From assembly GCF_009914755.1 (NCBI RefSeq), contig NC_060942.1: DNA of 64,000 bases. One strand, given 5' to 3'. Position 1 is the first letter of the stretch. Every line of letters begins with the position of its first letter. The notes beneath the pieces were generated by a model that saw only the letters and a program-made list of their open reading frames with translations, was not told where the DNA came from and did not search any database. The stretch comes from the human T2T-CHM13v2.0 reference genome, Homo sapiens. Positions 27,257 through 38,779 of the stretch are shown piece after piece. Position numbers and translations under genes: made by a program.

Positions 27257-28392
27257 GTTAGGACAGTTTTAAAACATTCTGAGGACTTCTTGCTTCGAGA
27301 TCAGTATTGTATTAGGGCAGCTGGGTTTAAATCCCAGGAATGCCAGCAGGTGTGTAGGACTGGTGTGAACAGTGCTGAGTACTTGGGTCAGGTTACAGAT
27401 CGACCCCACTAGCATCCAGCAATCTGGCACCCCATGGATGTTTCCATAGAGAGCCCTTTGAAAACGAGAGCCCTGGTAAGCTGGTGTGTGTGCTGGCATG
27501 GAAGAGAGAGCCTCTCTTTCCTAAGGAAGGCGTCAAAAGCAGGGGTTAGGTGAATGGAGGGAGCCCAGGCACGTCAGTGCCCAGTGTGGCAGGTGTGTGT
27601 GCCGGGGAAGGAAACCTGTGTTGTTGGAACGAAGTTGCCATTTGGCGGAATTTGGTGCACTTACTTGGAAAATATTGCCCAAAGAACTCAGAACTGTCTG
27701 TTTTCTTTTCCTTAAACATTTCTCTTGTCAGAGTGATGAGAAAATTGCCTATGTGGGAACTTGAGAAGTGCAAATTTGTTAATACTTCCTTTGACAATGG
27801 TTTGTATTCAGAGCTGTTTATGAGCTGTCACAAATCATTTCCAGTTAAAACGTTTCTGCCATGGAGTCATGCCGCGCTGGAGGGTCCGGCGGGACAGACG
27901 TGCACAGCCTCGCAGCCCTGGCTCAGAAAGGCCTGAACCCATGTGCCGTGGGTCTGGTTTTTAAGCTGGTGAATTGAATCGTGGAGAATAAAAATGACCT
28001 GGTTTCTGTGGAAACCTCTGCTTTGAAAATGTTCTTCCTTTTAATGATCTTCAGAAGCCCAGTGTCAAGGCCTGAGTGTGAGATTTCGCCATTCTTTTGA
28101 TGGCTGGGACAGAGCAGAATTCAGTGCCAGTCCTTTCGTTCTGTAATGATGATGTTTGTGAGACTTGGGGATGACACTTTTGGCTCATCCCTGGTAGGAC
28201 GTGGACATGCGGTTGCTTTTCCATGAGCAGGGATGGGTTTCCCTGACCCACTGCCCTGCCCCATCCATGCTGTGCTCATGGGCAGGCGTGTGTGGGGTGG
28301 CAGCCTGGGCTTCAGAGTCCGGCCTGCAGCCTGGATGTGAGACACTGAGTGATCATATAGGGGATGATTTTATAGGTCTGGATGCTTTATAG

Positions 28393-28609
28393 CAGTGGCT
28401 CTCACCTGGGGGTGACTTTGTTCCCCAGAGGCCATTTGACAATGTCTGGAGACATTTTTGGTTGTCACAAGTGGGAGGTGGGAGGTGCTCCTAGCATCTA
28501 GTGGGGAGAGACCAGGGATGCTGTTAGACTGCCCACAGTCCACGGGACAGCCTCATCACAAGGGTTTGTCCAACCCAATGTGTCTGTCGTGCCCAGGTTG
28601 AGAAACCTG
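28393..28609 (+). mobile_element. MER20 hAT-Charlie DNA transposon
   Basis: cagtggctctcacctgggggtgactttgttcccc...gacatttttggttgtcacaa...ggttgagaaacctg, with CAG...CTG termini. Confidence 0.85.
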
Positions 28610-28672
28610 CTTTAACAGTAGTGGTAGTTTGGATAGATGGATAATGGTAAAGATGAGAAAAGGATACAATGG

Positions 28673-28817
28673 GGCTGGGTGCAGTGGCTTAGGCCTGTAA
28701 TGCCAGGCTGAGGCAGAAGGATCGCTTGAGCCGAGGAATTGGAGGCTGTGATCATACCACTGCACTTCAGCCTGGGCAACAGAGCAAAACCCTATCTTAA
28801 AAGAAAGAAAGAAAGAA
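28673..28817 (+). mobile_element. Alu monomer (FRAM-like, internally deleted)
   Basis: Single-arm Alu with a (gaaa)n tail; TSD aaaagSatacaatgg at 28658-28672 and 28818-28832. Confidence 0.85.
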
Positions 28818-29470
28818 AAAAGCATACAATGGCCAGATAGTGGTTGAAAACATGTTAGATCTCCAATATCTGGTTCCATTTCTTTTTGTTTTTCATTTAT
28901 TTACTTAGTATTCAGAAAAGAAATTTCACTGTCCAAAATCCATTTTTTCCCAACCAAGACAGTTGAAAATTCCTAAATTCTAAATAATCAGACACCTTCA
29001 GTAGGTACGCTTACTTTTCTTCCATGCTTCCGTAGTATTTTGCTTAACAGAGAATGTTAGGGTTTTCTTTTTGAAGCTCCTAGTTTGTCTTAATGAGTTA
29101 ATTCTACGAAATCCTTTTTTTTTTTCTTTTGTTAGCATTAACATGGAATCTGCTAATGAATGGCCACTAGGGACGATGGTGAAAACACTTGAAATGAGAT
29201 GCCTCTATTTGAATATTTTATGGTCATGGAATTGGCTATTTATTTTATTTTTGCTTTTATGATTTCAAAATTCAGATTTCTTTGAGCAAATGTTTAGAGA
29301 TGACAAGAGGGAAACTCAGGGATGGAATAATCTATTGAGTGTGAACCAAAGATTACATTCTTTTTCAGAATTGTCCTTCCTTCCTTTTTACTGGGTCCCA
29401 TAAAAGGTTTTATGATCTGATTGTACCTTATTGATATTTGCCAATTGATAAATTTCTTGTTCATTAATTC

Positions 29471-29769
29471 AGTATTTAGGTCAATGATGTTTCTTCCTGG
29501 CTTAGTATGAAGTTTAGCCTTTCATGATACATATTTCCTCTTTCTTTAGCTAGATTACCAATAATGTTCAAATGGGGCAGGGGAAGGATTACACCAGAAA
29601 AACTAGCCTTTTACCTCTGTGAAAAGGTGCCTCCCAGAAGCACCATCTAAAAGCAGGTCATGATTTTAATCCAGAATGGCCAAGTGCTGCTGCTGTGTAC
29701 AACTTCCGACCAGCATGATGCTGGACAGCAGGTCTCTAGGTGGGTTCATTGAGTATTTAGGTCAATGAT
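29471..29769 (+). promoter_or_regulatory. Exact 18-bp direct repeat pair, each containing a consensus RORE
   Basis: AGTATTTAGGTCAATGAT at 29471-29488 and 29752-29769; TATTTAGGTCA fits WAWNTRGGTCA. Confidence 0.5.
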
Positions 29770-29904
29770 CTTGTTGTGCTCCATTCGGGATGACTGAGTA
29801 TTCCTGAAACAAATGCTATTTCTGGCTGCTGCCATTCCCGCAGAGCACTTGTGCAAGTTCATAAGACTTCCTAAGTGAAAGGGGAATTTGCATAGTTTGT
29901 GGAT

Positions 29905-30225
29905 TCCTTCCTTCCTTCGTCCTCCTCTCCCCTCCCCTCTCCTCCTCTCCCTCCTTCCTGCTCTATTGCCCAGGCTGGAGTGCAGTAGCGTGATCATAGC
30001 TCACTGCAGCCTCATACTCCACAAGTGTATCCTCCCGCCTTAGTCTCCTGAGTCACTGGGACTACAGACACACACCACCATGCCTGGCTAATTTTTTTAT
30101 TTTTTGGTAAAGACAGGGTCTCACTGTGTTGTCCAGGCTGGTCTCAAACTCCTGGGCTGAAATGATTCTCTTGCCTCAGCCTCCGAAAGTGCTGGGATTA
30201 TAGGCGTGAGCTGCTGAACCCAGCC
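29905..30225 (-). mobile_element. AluJ-like with a CT-rich tail
   Basis: Pyrimidine microsatellite followed by gcccaggctggagtgcagtagcgtgatcatagctcactgcagcctc. Confidence 0.9.
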
Positions 30226-32685
30226 CTCCTAATTTCTGATTGATTTTTGAGTAAGATGAGTTTTAGTGCTAAAACATCCCACGTCGGTAGCTCTTAGAGA
30301 AGTACTTAGTGAAAGAAACCACATGCCTTCAAATGCTCATATATATGTATGTAAAGCATACATTGGTATGTGGTTTTGGTTCATTTTCTTCCACTTGTTT
30401 CTTTCTCCTGTTTTCTGATTCTCCCCTATAATCCATCCCTCCCTCCCTCCCTCCCTCCATTTGTGCTGCTCACAAACTCAAGGGGCATCACTTACATGGG
30501 ATAATTTGCCTTTACAGCCACCCATGGCTGCTTTGAGAAAGGAAGTGTTCCCATCACCTGTTTTCCTTTGCTTGGCTGTACCTGTAATGACTGAGCCCCA
30601 CTGGGTGTGCAGGGCAAGACCAGCCTTCGTGTCTCTTGGCCCAATGGAGGCCCCAGGAGGGGAACGTGTGGTTTGGAGAAGCCGCTTCTTGCACCACTGC
30701 TCCTGTAACTGACCTTGGGCTGTGTGGTCTGTCCAGCCTCGGTTCCCTGTCTTTAAGATGCATGTAACAGGACCTCTCGGATTTCTTGGGAGGCATTGGG
30801 TGGAATATAGCAGGTAGATTTTGTAGGATAGTAGGTGCTAAGTTCAGGTCAGTTACTTCCCCTTAAATAGAGAAGACTCTAAGTGACATTTGGATAATCT
30901 CCTGAGAGCACACTGTAACTTCTATTGGAGGTCATTGCCTTGACCTCCTTATGCCCAGGGGCAGCTGAGTGCCCACTTGCCAAGGTGTGAGCAATGCGCC
31001 CTGTTCTGCTGTGAGCCTTCTTGGGACCCTGCATAGAGCCTGTTCCCTTCCACTCACTGCTGGCTGGTGTCTGTGGAACAGCCTTCCCTGGCCTTTTGGC
31101 GGCCCTGTCAGGGTCTGGAAATCTGGCTTTGTCTCAGAAATCTGGCTGCGGAAGATTTTCCTTTGTGTACTGTCATAAATGCCTTAAATGTATTAGGGTG
31201 CTTTGCAAATCTTTCTCTAATCCGTTTTGACAAATAGCTGAGTAGTATTGGTTTTATGTGAACTTGGCAAAATTTGCTCCCGTTCAGGGTGACTGGGGCA
31301 TGTGACAATTAGTGGGAGGTGGCAGGATTCTTGAGTGTAGCATTTCTCTGACTCAGCCGACTATTTCCTTTTTCCTGTTGCTTTATTATTTATTGTTGCT
31401 ATTCTTTCTGCCACCCTCTCCCTCCCTCCTTACAGATGTCTGTCTTTCCAGGACTGTCCTTGTATTTTTTTATCTTCTCTCGCATAGACATCAATGGCAG
31501 GTCCATCCTTGAATACCCACTGTTCCTTCCGGTGACTACCATGGTGTGGCAGCTCTAAGGGCAGGGAGCTCATCTCTGCTGAATGCAGCCCATTTTGTGG
31601 ATGCCATGGCACCTAGAAACCAACTGGATGCAGTTGAATGTGCCTCCCTATGGCCTCCCTGGGCTGGGATTCAGAGCAGGGCTCACTTTTCTTCCATTTG
31701 TTGGGACTAATGTGTCTGAAGACACTGCCGGTGCCCCACCTGGTTCCCTCTTTTCCAGGTCAGGCAGCCCAGCTTGCTTTCCCCATCCCTCCTCTAATGC
31801 GTTCACAGCCCCCTCATTCCTCTCCTAGGTGATGGTGCTGTGGGCTTTCAGAGCTCAGCTACGATGGACTGTGTCTTAGCACAACAGGCGTGAGGAACTG
31901 ATGAGGGCATTGGGAACGGTGAGGTGCTGGGGCACATTAGTCCTGGCTCCAGGGAATAGCAGAACTCTGCCCCTAACATTCCATTTACTGGTGGAAAAAT
32001 AGACCAGCGGGTTCTTGCTGTTCTACTTGCTAGATGATAGATTTTCTTCATCTTGTTTACAAGAAAGAATGTGGTTTCTTAGCCAAGGACTTGATTTCTG
32101 GTTCCTGGTGAACAGTTTTCAGAGCACTCTGAGCCTCTTCATTTGTAGAAAGGGAACTTTGAGAAAATGCCCAGCACAGTGCCTGCCTGGGACAGAGCGA
32201 TTTCAGCAAATGTTTACAGAAATCCCAGTTTAGTTCAAGTTGTGAGCTGAGAATCCTTGCTGTTGGTTTTAGGTTTCCAGCCTCAGGCCTTCAGAACCTT
32301 TGGGGGTTGTATCCCTAACCTCAGCCGTACCCTAGAGGCCAGGTCAGCAGAGTGAGTGATAAGCGCACTCGTTCCATCAACCGTGCGGTTAGAAACGTAG
32401 AGGTTGTCATTAGAAAGTGCAGTCTTTCTATCCTACTTTTGAATTTCAGGGAGGAGCTTCAGGATTTGTAAAGACTTCATCTATATTGAAGACTGCCCAA
32501 GAGTTATGGCTTACCCGGCTGCAGGCAGCATGCCACCTGTATGCAGTACCTGTGCTGTGTCTAAGGAGGAAGGGCGACTTGGTGGTGGGGGCGGGGGAGA
32601 GGCAGGACTGCGAGTGCCACCAGAGCTTGAGAGAGCAAAGAGGAACTGAGGAGATGGGGGTGGAGCTGTGCAGAGCAGGGCACAT

Positions 32686-34148
32686 GTGCGGCTCTGTGTG
32701 TAGAAAATGAGTCCCGTGTGGCTCTGTGTGTGGAAACTGAGTCCCGTGGGGCTCTGTGCGTGGGGGCTGAGTCCCGTGTGGCTCTGTGCATGGAAACTGA
32801 GTCCCGTGCGGCTCTGTGCGTGGAAACTGAGTCCCGTGTGGCTCTGTGTGTGGAAACTGAGTCCCGTGCAGCTCTGTGCGTGGAAACTGAGTCCCGTGCG
32901 GCTCTGTGCGTGGGGGCTGAGTCCCGTGTGGCCCTGTGCATGGAAACTGAGTCCCGTGTGGCTCTGTGTGCCTGGGGGATGAGTCCTGTGTGGCTCTGTG
33001 TGTGTGGAAACTGAGTCCCGTGTGGCCCTGTGCGTGGAAACTGAGTCCCGTGTGGCTCTGTGTGTGTGGAAACTGAGTCCCGTGCGGCTCTGTGCGTGGG
33101 GGCTGAGTCCCGTGCGGCCCTGTGCGTGGAAACTGAGTCCCGTGTGGCTCTGTGCGTGGGGGCTGAGTCCCGTGTGGCCCTGTGCGTGGAAACTGAGTCC
33201 CGTGCGGCTCTGTGCGTGGGGGCTGAGTCCCGTGCGGCCCTGTGCGTGGAAACTGAGTCCCGTGCGGCCCTGTGCGTGGAAACTGAGTCCCGTGCGGCTC
33301 TGTGCGTGGAAACTGAGTCCCGTGCGGCTCCGTGCGTTGGGGCTGAGTCCCGTGCGGCCCTGTGCGTGGAAACTGAGTCCCGTGCGGCTCCGTGCGTTGG
33401 GGCTGAGTCCCGTGCGGCCCTGTGCGTGGAAACTGAGTCCCGTGCGGCCCTGTGTGTGGAAACTGAGTCCCGTGCGGCTCCGTGCGTTGGGGCTGAGTCC
33501 CGTGCGGCCCTGTGCGTGGGGGCTGAGTCCCGTGCGGCTCTGTGCGTGGAAACTGAGTCCCGTGCGGCTCCGTGCGTTGGGGCTGAGTCCCGTGCGGCTC
33601 CGTGCGTTGGGGCTGAGTCCCGTGCGGCCCTGTGCGTGGGGGCTGAGTCCCGTGCGGCCCTGTGCGTGGGGGCTGAGTCCCGTGCGGCCCTGTGCGTGGG
33701 GGCTGAGTCCCGTGCGGCTCTGTTTGTGGGGGTTGAGTCCCGTGCGGCTCCGTGCGTGGGGGCTGAGTCCCGTGCGGCTCTGTGTGCGTGGGGGCCGAGT
33801 CCCGTGCGGCTCTGTGTGCGTGGGGGCCGAGTCCCACGCTGCTCTGTTTGCGTGGAAACTGAGTCCTGTGCGGCTCTGTGCGTGGGGGCTGAGTCCCGTG
33901 TGGCTCTGTGTGCGTGGGGGCTGAGTCCCTTGTGGCTCCGTGCGTGGAAACTGAGTCCCGTGTGGCTCTGTGCGTGGGGGCTGAGTCCCGTGCGGCTCTG
34001 CGTGGAAACCGAATCCCATGCGGCTCTGTGTGTGGGGGCTGAGGCTGAGTCCCATGCGGCTCTGTGTGTGGAAACTGAGTCCCCTGTGGCTCTGTGTGTG
34101 GAGACTGCATCCTGTGCGACTCTATGTGTGGGGCTGAGTCCTGTGTGC
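32686..34148. repeat. 30-bp GC/CpG-rich minisatellite (VNTR), about 48 units
   Basis: Unit GGCYCYGTGYGTGG(AAA/GGG)CTGAGTCCCGTGY; homogeneous centre and diverged edges. Confidence 0.97.
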
Positions 34149-34309
34149 CAGTCTTCCCATTGCCATCTCAGGGATCCTCAGGGCAGCCTGGTGAGGACAG
34201 TGAGGGCACGGGATTGCAGCTAACACACAGAGCTGTGCAGTGAGGCAGGCAGGAGCTTGCTTGGGAGAGAGGCAGGGGAGTCGAGGGGCACCTGGCACCT
34301 TATCTGGGC

Positions 34310-34500
34310 CAGCTGGCCTGGGTTCGAGTCCCAGCTCTGCCCATTGGCAGCCATGTGACCTTGGATGCTTCACTCAACCCTCCTGTGCCCGAATTTCTCC
34401 ATCGATAAAAGGAAGATGTTGGTAATCGTATTACCCACCTCATGGGTTCTTATAAAGATGGAAAGAATAAGAATCAATCATGTTCCGAGCTTGAGACACA
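34310..34500 (+). mobile_element. MIR
   Basis: cctgggttcgagtcccagctctgcccattggcagccatgtgaccttgg...cccacctcatgggtt. Confidence 0.8.
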
Positions 34501-35759
34501 GCTGGCTGATTTTAAGTGTATGTTATGGTTAAAGTGAGGGAGTCGAGCTTGGACTGTGGACCACCTGACTGCATTGCTGTCCCTCTAAAGGTCATGATTG
34601 GGTGGTAACTGAACTTCAGCTTCTCCTGGATTCATAATCTTATTTCATTTCATAAAGTACAATCATACAGTCAACATGACTTTAGAATATTGGAGGAAAC
34701 TTTCTATGTTCCTCAAGTACCATTTAATTAAAGAAAAAAAAAAGAATTTTGGATGAAACTAATATAACCCTGGGGTGGGCAAGTCTGTTGGGGGCATGGG
34801 AGGGGCTATGATGGAGCAGGGCAGGACACGACCCGGCCCTGTCCCCTCTGGTGGATTGGGCCCCACCTGTCCCTTTCCAGGCCCAGAGTTGAGCAGTTGG
34901 TTGAGTGGGTGGGTGGGTACCGTTTGAAAGAGCGAGTGGGGGCTGGTTGCGGGATGGACCTGAGTGGCTAGGATGGGTCCTTTGAGGAGGTGGCCCTGCC
35001 AGGCGGCTGCTTTACGTCAACGGCCAGTGAAGCTGGGGCTGCAGACCTGGAGGGCTTCCCAGCCCCGCCCCCGAGTTATCCTCAGAGCAGGCCTTGCTAC
35101 TCTTTCCAAAGGGTGTCTGCAGACCGTTAGACAGTTGCTTGGCCAATGTTCAACAGTGTGCAGGAAAATGCTTAGAAAGCCAGGAACGAATGGTTTCTGA
35201 AGTATTCACCATCATTCAATTCCACAGTGTCCCTTTATGAGTTTAGCTAATGGGGAGTTGACTTCTCTGTGTAGATATTCTGAGCCCGATTGCTTAGGTG
35301 ATGGCATTCTTGGCAGGGAAGCCGCTAGCCTGTTTTTCGGAGTAGATGTTGTCCTGTGCTTCCTTCCCATGTGGGACTGCCATGCAGGTTGAAGACGGTT
35401 TTGTGCTTTTCTCTGCAAATGGCTGTTCTTTGGACTGTGTGAGGTGATTCTGCGTAGCCTCTCCCTTCTTCCAGGATTCTGAATCTGGATTGATTTTGTT
35501 GATGAAGCTTTCTGAGATGCATTGCTGAAAAGAGTAGTTGAAGAATGTGTCTGGAGAAAGCATATGGGTGCATTTCACAACTGTGCTGTTTCATAAAAGC
35601 GTTTCAAGTACAGTCTTCCCGAACCTGGAGGATTCGCAACTGGCCTATAAACAGACTCCAGTATTTCAAGGTTGAGGAAGACGTTGGCAAATTGATCTGT
35701 AAAATTATATAAGAGCTCTCTCTTTTCTTTTACCTGAGTTAAAGCTGAGTTGCCCAAGC

Positions 35760-36250
35760 CAGAACCTGGTGCTGTTCTGACCCCCTCCTGGCTCCCTGAT
35801 CCATCCACTGTGTCGCCAAGGCCTGTGATTCTACCTTCTAAGTGTTTTCCACATGGCTCCTTTCCTCCCGCTGTGGTCACTGCCTTCAATTCTCAACATT
35901 TCTTGCCTGGACTTTTGCAACAGCCTCTGAACAGACTGCCCTGCCTCCAGCCTCTGCCGTCTCTCCCCTCCTCATATCCTTCCCTGCGCCTTCCAAACTC
36001 CTGGTCTAGGACCTCGTTCTGAGAACCGCCTTACCACCTAGTGGCAGGGCTGACCTGTCACTGCGTAGCTTTGAAGGTCAACGCCAAACTTACCTGTGTG
36101 GCCTGGACGGGGTCTCTGTCTCCAGCCCCCATTTCACTCAGTTCCTCCGGGGACACTCGAAGCCCTCCCCCTTCCCACTGTGCTGCCTGGAGCATGGCTT
36201 TCTCTGTCCTGCAGCACAAATGTCAGCTGCCCAGGTGAGCCCTTTTCTGG
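35760..36250 (+). mobile_element. L2 fragment
   Basis: catttcttgcctggacttttgcaacagcctctgaacagactgccctgcctccag is typical L2 3' text. Confidence 0.55.
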
Positions 36251-36726
36251 GCTCATCGCAATTTGTCAAAACGTGTGACAGGGATGAATAGCTCCATGCA
36301 CCCAGGAGCAAGGCGTGCCACATCTCTTCATTTTTCTTGAGAAATAAATCTCCTTTGATCCCTGACTCACTGAGAAAGATGGGGTGGCTGATATCAGTCA
36401 TCTGGGGACTGTCCTCCCCAGGCACGTTTCCGAGGACTTGTCACTCAGTCACACCTGGCCCCACTCCCCAGGGCTTCGTTGGCCATGGGTCCTGCTTGCC
36501 TGGTGCTGAGATCTTCTTCAAGGTCTGCTGAAGTCATCTCCTGTTGGGGTGGCCCTGGGACTCCACTCTGCTGCACACAGCTCAGGCCTCCAGGGGTCTT
36601 CCTCAGCCCCCTCCTCACTACTCCTGAGGTCTTTGCCCTCCCCTGGGTGGGTCCCTCTTCTCCTCCCACCCCTGAGCACTCAGCCTCCTCCTCACCCCCA
36701 CGTGGATCTGCTCGATCTAGGTTTAG

Positions 36727-36918
36727 AGCTCTGGTTTTAAGCATCGATATGTTTAAGCATTATCTGGGGAGCTTGTTAAAAATACGGATTCCTGGACTCC
36801 ACCCCAAGAGATTCTGACTCAGAAGCTTAGATGATGCCTGGCAGTGAACGTGTGTTTTAGCAAGAATGGCGGGCTCCTTGACACGGTTGTTCTGTAGTTT
36901 GGACAGTGAGTAGCACTC
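36727..36918. mobile_element. MER5A-like MITE
   Basis: cattatctggggagcttgttaaaaatacggattcctggactccaccccaagagattctgactcag. Confidence 0.75.
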
Positions 36919-38636
36919 GCCCAGACCTTAAAAACAAAGGCTTTTTCGGGGCTTGTTTTTAGGGCTCCCCCGACTTCTTCCTGTGGACCCAGGAACACAG
37001 AAGATCATTTTGCTACAGAGTCCGCATAAGCCCTCTGCCCTCCAGCCCTGCATTCACAGCTAGCCTGGGAGCTCCTCGAGGGCAGGGCGTGGCTTCATTC
37101 CTCCTGCACAACTCCTGGTACCTCGCACTGGGTCCGTGGCCAGATGTGGGCAGGAGCAGTCTCGGGGACAACAGACACAGCCCGCTGAGGAAGGCACCCA
37201 ACCCTGGGCTTGGCTTTCCTTTCCTTTCTGGCATGGGGCTCAGGTGTCCAGAGGCGGGAGGATTCCGAGGGTCTCTGGTGGCTGCCTTCTCCAGATTTGG
37301 GCTTGGACTGGGCACAGCTGGGAATCAGTTATGTTTTGTTTTGTTTTGAATTGGCATAGTGACCGTCTTAGGCAGAAGGCAGGCTGCCGCAGGGCCTCCA
37401 CGCTCAGGCGCTGCCTGGCGATGGCTTCTCCGTGGAGGAGAGGGAACTGCTCTGAAGCAAGCCCAGCACCGCAGTCCTGGCCAGACCCGTGGGCAGATCC
37501 CTGGAGTCCTGTCCCCACACTACCCTTGGAGCTGCCTTCCGAGTGTAAGTTACAGTTTCAGTCACAGCCTCAGAGGTGGCAAGTCACTGACTAGGAAGAG
37601 AGTTGAAATGAACAGAATTCTGAGTAAGAGTAATACTAAGAGTTACAATTTTATGTTCCAGTGAGGTAGAAAATCTTTTACGTCGACTGAAGGCTAGATC
37701 TCCTTTCATGTGGAATCTCTTTGTGAAAGAACAGCATTTTCTGAGTTCACGCCTAGGTCTTGGTTAGAATCAACAGGGTAATGGTGGCAAGGGAGAGGTT
37801 TGTGAAAATATTCTCAGACTGCACTTGTGAATTATGAATGCGACTGCTAACATTGCTTTAGCAGTTCAGTGACACCTATCTTTGCAAAATGTACTTTCAC
37901 TTGTAAGGGCCAAATAATTCTAATAGAAACATTTTTTGGTATGTAATTATGTAGATGTAGAGTGATACACTTTTTTTTTGCTGTGCACTTAAAAATTATC
38001 AAAGTAATGTTTGGAACGTCTGGAAACTCTACTTCTGATCACTGGTCAGTTTCACGCGTGTGTGTGTCTGTGTTGTATTGTTTTTAGTGTGTGCACACAG
38101 GCCTGCAGCCTTAGCAGTTACTGGAAGAGTGGTCTATCTCATTTATTTTAAAACCAGCATCACCCGTTCCACCTGTCACATGTGGTGGTGGAATTTGAGA
38201 AGAACGGGGACAGTTTGATCAGGATAGTGAAGCTGCCCAGGGGCATAGCCTGTGAATGCTAATTCACTTTCTGTAAACAACCTCTGCAGTGTTTGGTGTT
38301 TGCATGTATGAGATCAGCCGTCAGTTTTCGCTCAGATCCAGCTCCTGCTGCTGTCTAACTGAGATGAGCAAGCCTCACTTCAGACGTCGTGTGTAACCCA
38401 GCTACTTCATTTGTTCATTCTCATCTTTTGCTTTTCTGGAAGGTTTCAGCCAGAGGCTGGGGCCCCGCATTCTGGCTGGCTGATTGGAAATCACGCACAT
38501 GTAAGGATTGTCCAGCAGCTTTCCTGGGGCCCCTGGTGACAGCTTGCATGCCATGAGAACTGGCACAGACTGTGAGTCACCCACTGTCCTTCCTGAGCTT
38601 TGACTTAAGGTAACATGGGCAGACCAATGCATTGTT

Positions 38637-38779
38637 TCTTTTTCTTTTAAAACAATTTTTTAGAGATGAGGCTTCACTATGTTGCCCAGGCTAGACTTGA
38701 ACTCCTCACTTCAAGCGATCCTCCCACCTCCCCTCTGTATTAGCTGGGACGACAACTACTACCCCCAGTGCACCTGGCT
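38637..38779 (-). mobile_element. FLAM (Alu left monomer)
   Basis: ttttttagagatgaggcttcactatgttgcccagg...caagcgatcctcccacctc; single arm only. Confidence 0.8.

Noticed and set aside
29480-29800. C/D-box snoRNA suggested by ATGAT motifs
   Set aside because: No full RUGAUGA box paired with a suitably spaced CUGA and terminal stem was evident.
32701-34100. NFAT:AP-1 composite element (TGGAAACTGAGTCC)
   Set aside because: The gap between GGAAA and the TGA core is shorter than in canonical composites, and TGAGTCC is not a perfect AP-1 site.
32686-34148. CRISPR-like array
   Set aside because: Units are head-to-tail with no unique spacers, there are no cas genes, and the context is eukaryotic.
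32446-34223. 554-, 514-, 387- and 308-aa ORFs as protein-coding genes
   Set aside because: They coincide with the 30-bp minisatellite and are open in several frames on both strands, which indicates a repeat artefact.
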